Source: Dehalococcoidia bacterium (lineage in GTDB: Bacteria > Chloroflexota > Dehalococcoidia > GIF9 > AB-539-J10). Taken from it: a stretch of 64,000 bases of DNA. The stretch spans positions 24,082 through 88,081 of the forward strand of contig JAUWQY010000002.1 of NCBI GenBank assembly GCA_030610855.1, in the 5' to 3' direction. A program made the position numbers and the translations under genes. Numbering within the stretch: the stretch's first letter is position 1; every line of letters begins with the position of its first letter. Positions 58,015 through 64,000 of this stretch are shown one piece after another. A model generated the notes under the pieces. The model did not search any database. It had not been told where the DNA came from and saw only the letters and a list, made by a program, of their open reading frames with translations.

Positions 58015-59049
58015 CTACAACCGGAGGTCGGCCTGATGGCAGGTCTCGAGGAAGGCGACAAGTAGGTTGATCGCGCCCTCGATGTCAGCCTTATGGGCGG
58101 CCTCCACCACAGTGTGCACGTAACGGGTGGGAACAGAGATGGTGACCACGGCTACCCCTTCGCGGGCAGCCTGGATTGCGCCGGCATCGGTCCCTCCCCT
58201 CGGCAGTATCTCAAGCTGATATTGTATCTTTCGCTCTTCGGCCAAGCTCACCAGGAACTGCACAAGCCCGGGATGGGAGATGGACGCCGAATCCTTCACC
58301 TTGATCGCCACACCTTTGCCAAGGCGGGTTATCTGCTCGTGGGCCGCTACGCCCGGTATGTCACAGGCTATGGTCGAGTCCAGGGCTACTCCGATGTCCG
58401 GGGCAACGGCGAAGGCAGATGTCCGCGCTCCCCGCAGCCCCACCTCCTCCTGCACCGTAGCCACGAAGTAGACATCGGCCTGGTGCTCTTTTGCAAGTCT
58501 TCTTACTGCCTCGATCCCCACATACACACCCAACCGGTCATCGAGCGCCTTGCCCGTAACGAGGTTTCCCACCTCATCGAACGTCTGCACAAGGGTTACG
58601 GGATCACCGATGCGCACCTGTTCTCTCGCCTCCTTGCCCGAAAGACCGACATCAACGAACAGGTCCTTCATCTCCGGTACTTTCTTCCGCTCTTCTTCCG
58701 TGAGAACATGGACGGGTTTGGTGCCGATGAGCCCGCACATGGCGCCACCCTTGGCATGGACAGTCACGCGGTGAGCAATCAACGTGCGAGGGTCAAACCC
58801 GCCTACCGGCTCGATGCGCAGGAACCCTGCTTCCTCGTCCACGTACGACACGAGAAACCCAATCTCGTCCATGTGTCCGGCTACTACCACCTTTGGACCA
58901 GCACCCTTCTTGTGAGCGATCACGTTCCCCAGCCGGTCTACGGCGATCTCATCCACATGGGCACGCAGCGCCTCTCGAACTATGGCCCGAATCGCCTCCT
59001 CCCTTCCCGGGATTCCCGGGGCCTCAGACAGCCTTTTCAGAAGTTCCAT
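58015..59049 (-). CDS. M42 family aminopeptidase (TET/FrvX-like)
   Basis: 344 aa; M42 glutamyl aminopeptidase pattern (GHMDEIGF, metal-binding D/E/H residues). Confidence 0.85.
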   Translation of the reverse strand: MELLKRLSEAPGIPGREEAIRAIVREALRAHVDEIAVDRLGNVIAHKKGAGPKVVVAGHMDEIGFLVSYVDEEAGFLRIEPVGGFDPRTLIAHRVTVHAKGGAMCGLIGTKPVHVLTEEERKKVPEMKDLFVDVGLSGKEAREQVRIGDPVTLVQTFDEVGNLVTGKALDDRLGVYVGIEAVRRLAKEHQADVYFVATVQEEVGLRGARTSAFAVAPDIGVALDSTIACDIPGVAAHEQITRLGKGVAIKVKDSASISHPGLVQFLVSLAEERKIQYQLEILPRGGTDAGAIQAAREGVAVVTISVPTRYVHTVVEAAHKADIEGAINLLVAFLETCHQADLRL

Positions 59050-59797
59050 CTTTTCCTCCCTTTGCGCGGCATAGTATACGGAGCCCTAACATAGCGTAAC
59101 TATGCCGCAGAATTCACGGTGAGCGAGAACCCTGCACCGAGATACGAACTCGTCACTATCCGTGCCTCAGACATAGGGTTATCTGCAATCATCCGCAGAA
59201 GGAATGATAGCAAAAACGGCGAAATGCCTCTACACCTTCCCAGGACAGCTGGCCTGACCGATAGCATTCACGAAGCGCTGTCATCCACCCAACAAAGCCG
59301 GCAATCGTGCAGTGCAGAGACAGGGGCGTAGTCACAGGGGAATGCCTATCTACCCGTCATCTCAGTATCAACCAATGCCCATTTCAGGGCCCAAACAGCG
59401 TATAGTATGTCGTGGATACCGCACAAGGAAATTTGACAAGCTATTCACAGACGTGCTATTATTAGGGGTACCCCAAGCAGCCGAACACGAGGTTGGTGGA
59501 CGGAGAACCGAGCCTGAGTAGGCGGAAGTCGAAAGGAGGAGGGGAGAAGACCAAAGGATGGGAGGTTGCTTGGGGCATCGTCTTGTGCGTCCTAAGACCA
59601 AGCACCGCCTGATTCTCGAAGGCGTATCGCACAACCGGCACACTTTGAGACTTCTCGCTCATTGAGTAAAATACCGACAGAGGGCAGGCAACGGATGAGT
59701 TCGATATTGGCTCCGACATCGCAGGTAATATCGGCGTGCCTTGACCTCGACCATGGTGAGAGAATCGCCGTACAATGAAAACAATAGGGAGGAGGAG

Positions 59798-60919
59798 ATG
59801 AATACGATTGAAAGGGCGTTGATGCATGCTTTGTTTGCCCACCTGCATCACAACATCGACCAGGCCGTTGATTTCAAGGCGTTTGAAGAGCTGAATCAGA
59901 TAGTCAATCAGAAGTGGCCGGGGGCCTTGGCCGTAGGACCGGGAGATGATGCTGCCGTCTTCCGCATGCCGGGGACGCAAGGTTATCTTGTGGCCAAACT
60001 GCAAAGCCATTGCTCTCCCTGTGTACCGAGACCCTATGATGCCGCCGCAACCGGAGCCGGTGGTGCCATGCGCGACGTTGCTGCCATGGGCGGTAGGCCC
60101 TTCTTCCTCCTGGATTTCATAGGAACCAGACCGTTAGGGGAAGAGGTGCTGGTGGGACCTTGTGGTTTCACAGGCAAATGCACCTGTGGCGAATGCAAGA
60201 TAATGACAAGCCGAGAAAGACTCAACCTCATGGTTCAAGGGATAAGAGACATGTGTGCCGCAATGGATGTTTTCATCATTGGAGGTGGTCTTTCGACCTC
60301 CTTAACTGACATTGTCCCGGCAGTAGTGGCTGCGGTGATCGGCAAACTGGTTGCCCAAGAGCCGCTTACCAAGCCAGCCAAACGGGTCGGGGATAAGATC
60401 ATCATTATTGGTCAGACCGCCGAGGACGGGAACGATACTCTGTACAGAGCGGGATTAGTCCGGGAGATGCGACCAGCTAAACCTCTTTTCAAGGAAGAAA
60501 GAACGACTTTGGAAGCCAGTTTAGCTGCCTTCCGGACAGGCAAAATCCATGCCTGTTCTGACCTGGGAGCCGCCGGCATCGGGGCGGCCGTCTGCGAATC
60601 GGCCAGGTACGGTGGTTTTGGCGCAGAAGTCGACCTATCGCCAGTGCCGGTTAAAGTGGAGGGTCTCACCGCAGAGGAAATCCTGATCTGCGAGACTCAA
60701 GCCAGGATGGTCCTTCAGGTTTCTCCGGCGGACGTCGACGAGGTAATGACGGCCATCCAGTCCCAAAACGGTATTGCCGCCGTAATAGGTCAAATCAGCG
60801 ACGACAATAAGGAGGTTTTCGAATACCAGGGAGAAACCATAGCTACCATTCCAAACGAGCCCTCCAGTGACATACTGGAGAGCTTGAAAGGGAAGACTGA
60901 TCATGCCACAGGAGCGTAG
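59798..60919 (+). CDS. AIR synthase-related protein (PurM-like superfamily; HypE/ThiL/SelD-like fold)
   Basis: PurM N-domain motif (GPGDDAAV) and C-terminal domain. GGGAGGAGGAG SD immediately before the ATG at 59798. The ORF-track start at 59741 is an extension. Confidence 0.65.
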   Translation: MNTIERALMHALFAHLHHNIDQAVDFKAFEELNQIVNQKWPGALAVGPGDDAAVFRMPGTQGYLVAKLQSHCSPCVPRPYDAAATGAGGAMRDVAAMGGRPFFLLDFIGTRPLGEEVLVGPCGFTGKCTCGECKIMTSRERLNLMVQGIRDMCAAMDVFIIGGGLSTSLTDIVPAVVAAVIGKLVAQEPLTKPAKRVGDKIIIIGQTAEDGNDTLYRAGLVREMRPAKPLFKEERTTLEASLAAFRTGKIHACSDLGAAGIGAAVCESARYGGFGAEVDLSPVPVKVEGLTAEEILICETQARMVLQVSPADVDEVMTAIQSQNGIAAVIGQISDDNKEVFEYQGETIATIPNEPSSDILESLKGKTDHATGA

Positions 60920-61050
60920 CCAGTGCCCACGACAAGTGCTGACAACTCACCGCAAAAGAAGAGAATCGAGATAACTGCGGCAGCAGCAATGGGACATGGC
61001 TGACGCCAGCGATACAGATGATTTACGAACCAAGTCCGCATGGAGGCAAG

Positions 61051-61905
61051 ATGACGATTGTCTGCTTCGTTTCCGGTTCGGGAACGAACTACGAGAGGAT
61101 TGTTCAACGCGATCCCGATCACGACTACGTTGTGTTCACGAATAGACCCGATTGTGAAGGTGTGAACAAAGCCAGGGCGAATAACCATATCGCCATCGAA
61201 CTAAGCCACGTACCCTACTTGAAGGCGGCAAGAGATAGATATGGTTCAATGAATGTTCCCAGGAATTGTCCTGAGAGGGTGAAGTTCGAACAGGATGTGT
61301 GGGGCCTGATAGAAGACAGAATCGAAAAGGCACCCGACTTGATCTGCCTGGCAGGCTACGACCAATGGTTAACCGATTGGACGGTGGATAGGTACTATCC
61401 AAAGACCCTCAATATTCATCCAGGGGATACGCCTAAGGGTTACTCAGGTTTGCATTGGATACCTGCCGCCAAAGCCATACTGGCCGGTGACACAGAGATA
61501 AGATCAACTCTGTTCATCGTTGATAAGGGAGAAGACACAGGACCAGTATTGGCCCAATCTAAACCCCTTGAGATAGTCCCCACGCTCAGGGCATTGGAAT
61601 CACAAGGAACAAAGGGACTGGTCGACGGGTTCGAGGAGGTTACGGGCTTTGCCAAGAAGCACACTCTATCCAGTTATGGTGATTTTGAAAAGTCGGCTGA
61701 CGCCGAGCTAAGAGCAGTGATGAAGAAAACATGTGAGAATCTTCAGACTGCACTTAAGGTCGCGAGAGACTGGGAGCTCTATCCGTTTGCCGTACATGCT
61801 CTGATAGCACGCGGGCGGGTGAAGGTGGTTGATAGAACGGTATACATAGACGGCAGGCAGATGCCGGATTATGGATACAGGATGGACCAGGAACTGCCGG
61901 AATGA
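61051..61905 (+). CDS. formyltransferase family protein (PurN-like N-terminal domain with an unrelated C-terminal extension)
   Basis: MTIVCFVSGSGTNYERI, LICLAGYDQWLT and NIHPGDTP align with PurN motifs (VLISG.GSN, LAGYMRIL, NIHPSLLP); GGAGG SD before 61051. Confidence 0.55.
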   Translation: MTIVCFVSGSGTNYERIVQRDPDHDYVVFTNRPDCEGVNKARANNHIAIELSHVPYLKAARDRYGSMNVPRNCPERVKFEQDVWGLIEDRIEKAPDLICLAGYDQWLTDWTVDRYYPKTLNIHPGDTPKGYSGLHWIPAAKAILAGDTEIRSTLFIVDKGEDTGPVLAQSKPLEIVPTLRALESQGTKGLVDGFEEVTGFAKKHTLSSYGDFEKSADAELRAVMKKTCENLQTALKVARDWELYPFAVHALIARGRVKVVDRTVYIDGRQMPDYGYRMDQELPE

Positions 61906-62089
61906 TGAAACAGGGACCCGTGCTGATACCTGTGACGAAACAAAAGGGTGGGAAGCTCGATTGGATATCAACCTTGCTTCTCCTTCATGTGACCAAGTAA
62001 CGCTGACTTTTCGGTAAGCTCCTCCCCGAAGAATTGGAACGGTTTGTTCTCTGGGATACCGTCACGGTAGCTATCTGTGCAGAGGAAGT

Positions 62090-63346
62090 CTAAAGTCCGG
62101 CGGCGGCTTTGCCTTTCACCAGAGCAAGGCAGATAATGGCCCCCAGAGCAGTGGCCGCAGTGGCCATAAGGAAGGCAGATTGATGTCCCAAAGCAATCCA
62201 GACAAAGCCGCCTACACTGGCCCCAGCAATAATCCCGATGTTCTCACCTAAGGCGCCGTAAATCCCCATTGCAGTGCTCTGCCGCCTTGCCGGCACTAAA
62301 TCCGAAATCATGCCCAGAGCCGCCGGGCTGAATGTTGCCACACCCATTCCGGCGACAAGGACCGAGACTATGAGCCAGGCATAACTCGGGCTGAACGCCA
62401 TGCCTGCCATAGCTGCCCCGGACGTCACCAGCCCCAGCGTCATCAGTGTTTTCTTTCCTATCCGGTCTGCTAACATTCCCATGGGTATGCTCAGCGACAT
62501 AACTGCAATGCCGTAGATCGTGAACAGGACACCCACTTTCGTGGCAGAGACACCCAGAACCTGAGTGGCTAGAAGTGGCAAAAAACCCAGCATGGTGCCT
62601 CGAGTCCAACTTTGGAGGGCCGTTACTACACACTGGACGGCGAAGGAGCTATAGTTCACTCTGTCTACAGAATCTGATGGGTTCGGGGCTTTGTCACCGA
62701 TGATCTGAATCTGCGGCGGCTGAGCTTGTCTCCAGCCTGCTAGAACGACGATGCCAGCAAGCAAGCTAATTCCACAGGAAACAAAGAACAGAGCATGAAA
62801 TCCCAGATTGTCAGCCAGGAAGCCACTCGGGAGAGCGCCAATGCTTCTTGAAGCTGACATTATCATCGTGATGATAGCCATGAACGTGGCCTTTCTCAGC
62901 ACTGGCGCATTGGCGCCTATGTAGCCCCTGCAGGGACCAAAAAGGGCCGATTGAAGCAACCCCCAGAAGAAGAAAATAGTGAAGATAAGAGATATATTCT
63001 GTGTCAATGCAAAAAAGCAAACGGTCAAACCAGTGACGAAGGTGCCTACTTTCAGAGGGAGTTTGATCCCTCTTTTATCAGCCACCCACCCCCAGAAACC
63101 CTCACCGACAACCATGCCGACCATGGCTACTGAGAGCATCAACCCCACTATCTCAGGAGTAACCCCGATGGATGTGAGGTAGAGAGGCATCATAGGATTC
63201 AGGATGCTCATAGCAAGAATGCTGAGACCCATGACAGACATGATGGCAATCATCTGGCGGCTTGCAGCCATTTTCACGACACCGATGACACCCCCCAACC
63301 CGGTATGCACGTGTTTCAACCCAGGCAATATTAGAGGATTGACCAA
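62090..63346 (-). CDS. MFS transporter
   Basis: 418 aa; 12 predicted TM helices; MFS signature-like loop (LADRIGKK). Confidence 0.8.
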   Translation of the reverse strand: MVNPLILPGLKHVHTGLGGVIGVVKMAASRQMIAIMSVMGLSILAMSILNPMMPLYLTSIGVTPEIVGLMLSVAMVGMVVGEGFWGWVADKRGIKLPLKVGTFVTGLTVCFFALTQNISLIFTIFFFWGLLQSALFGPCRGYIGANAPVLRKATFMAIITMIMSASRSIGALPSGFLADNLGFHALFFVSCGISLLAGIVVLAGWRQAQPPQIQIIGDKAPNPSDSVDRVNYSSFAVQCVVTALQSWTRGTMLGFLPLLATQVLGVSATKVGVLFTIYGIAVMSLSIPMGMLADRIGKKTLMTLGLVTSGAAMAGMAFSPSYAWLIVSVLVAGMGVATFSPAALGMISDLVPARRQSTAMGIYGALGENIGIIAGASVGGFVWIALGHQSAFLMATAATALGAIICLALVKGKAAAGL

Positions 63347-64000
63347 TAGGCGTCAAACACATCCGGCAGATAGACAATGTGTGCCGATAGTCATCTGCCT
63401 GCATGCACCGCATTTGGGCTCGATACTGCAGAACGTCTGCGCCTGACTAGCCGTAGCCGGGCTTGATCCTATGAGTCTCCTGCGTGACAACCCGGTCTAC
63501 TGTCACAAGGGCATGGGGAAAAACCTGTTGAATAGATAGATGAACGCCGGAATTGAGAATATAGAGAATATGAAACTGGCAACCACAAGCTGGCTGGCTA
63601 CTCTCCGATTGCCTCCACACAGGTCGTGTTCGTGAATCCTGAGACCATTCCGGCACCTGCAGGCAGCTAGAAGCGACACCAGATTTCACTGACTTCTGCC
63701 AACCATCGCCCGATTGGACAAGACAGTCACGAAGGTGCTGAACGACGATACTGCCTTGTTTGATTTCCTGCAAAAGCGTACAATATCTGTTGCGGCGCCT
63801 GCAGAGCGGCAACTTAGTCGAGGTGGCAGACCACGGTGGTTGTTGGCTATAACACTGGAATGACGGGATCCCGGAGCTTAGCCTCCCTGAAGGGCCGGCG
63901 GCAAAACCGGAGAGCATTTCAGTCTCGGCTAAGAGCAAGACAAGGCGGGTTAACAGCTAAAAGCAAGGGAGGTATCTGAGAAATGTCTATCACTTTTTCT

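Noticed and set aside
59462-60010. 182 aa minus-strand ORF overlapping the PurM-like gene start
   Set aside because: Overlaps the SD and ATG and the conserved N-terminus of the plus-strand gene; no recognisable domains.
63447-63938. 163 aa minus-strand ORF at the window end
   Set aside because: No family resemblance, low-complexity composition, and no clear RBS; insufficient support to call. It could still be real, because the window ends nearby.
1-64000. CRISPR arrays and rRNA genes
   Set aside because: No regularly spaced direct repeats of 25-40 nt with unique spacers, and no rRNA-like conserved stretches, were seen anywhere in the window.

Overview
This 64 kb window is a bacterial chromosomal segment of roughly 52-56% GC, densely packed with housekeeping genes on both strands. 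By eye I found no rRNA, tRNA or CRISPR array.

Core content, from left to right:
- A transcarboxylase-like carboxyltransferase operon followed by mdh.
- cmk-plsC-ispH, then nusA-ylxR-infB-rbfA.
- An inositol-phosphate lipid module: ino1, a TIM-barrel protein, and a CDP-alcohol phosphatidyltransferase.
- purA, asd-dapB, and pnp-rpsO (inverted relative to infB).
- purF-purM-purH, then a fused nicotinamidase / nicotinate phosphoribosyltransferase.
- An aroH-DAHP synthase-ribF-tyrS operon, a class V aminotransferase, and rpsU-yqeY.
- A large accessory lipid/polyketide-like cluster: FabH-like and FabF-like ketosynthases, ACP, two CrtI-family FAD oxidoreductases, FabG-, FabZ- and FabI-like enzymes, a PPTase, a DUF362 protein, an HHxxxDG acyltransferase and a crotonase.
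- A protease neighbourhood (M48, Lon-like, M42) and an MFS transporter.

The standout region is a low-GC island of about 5.3 kb (roughly 26.97-32.3 kb) that looks horizontally acquired. It encodes, on the minus strand as one tightly coupled operon:
- a C-protein-like HTH regulator;
- a BcgI-like Type IIB restriction-modification pair (a 629 aa endonuclease-methyltransferase A subunit and a 332 aa two-TRD specificity B subunit);
- a Panacea/DUF4065-like protein;
- a proteasome-beta/HslV-like Ntn-hydrolase with an intact N-terminal Thr and Asp17.

A small three-TM membrane protein follows, preceded by a second copy of a 33-nt element that also sits upstream of the Panacea-like gene. This Panacea-like plus proteasome-like (plus membrane protein) module attached to an RM system is a candidate undescribed defence or toxin-antitoxin module, and is the most interesting feature in the window.
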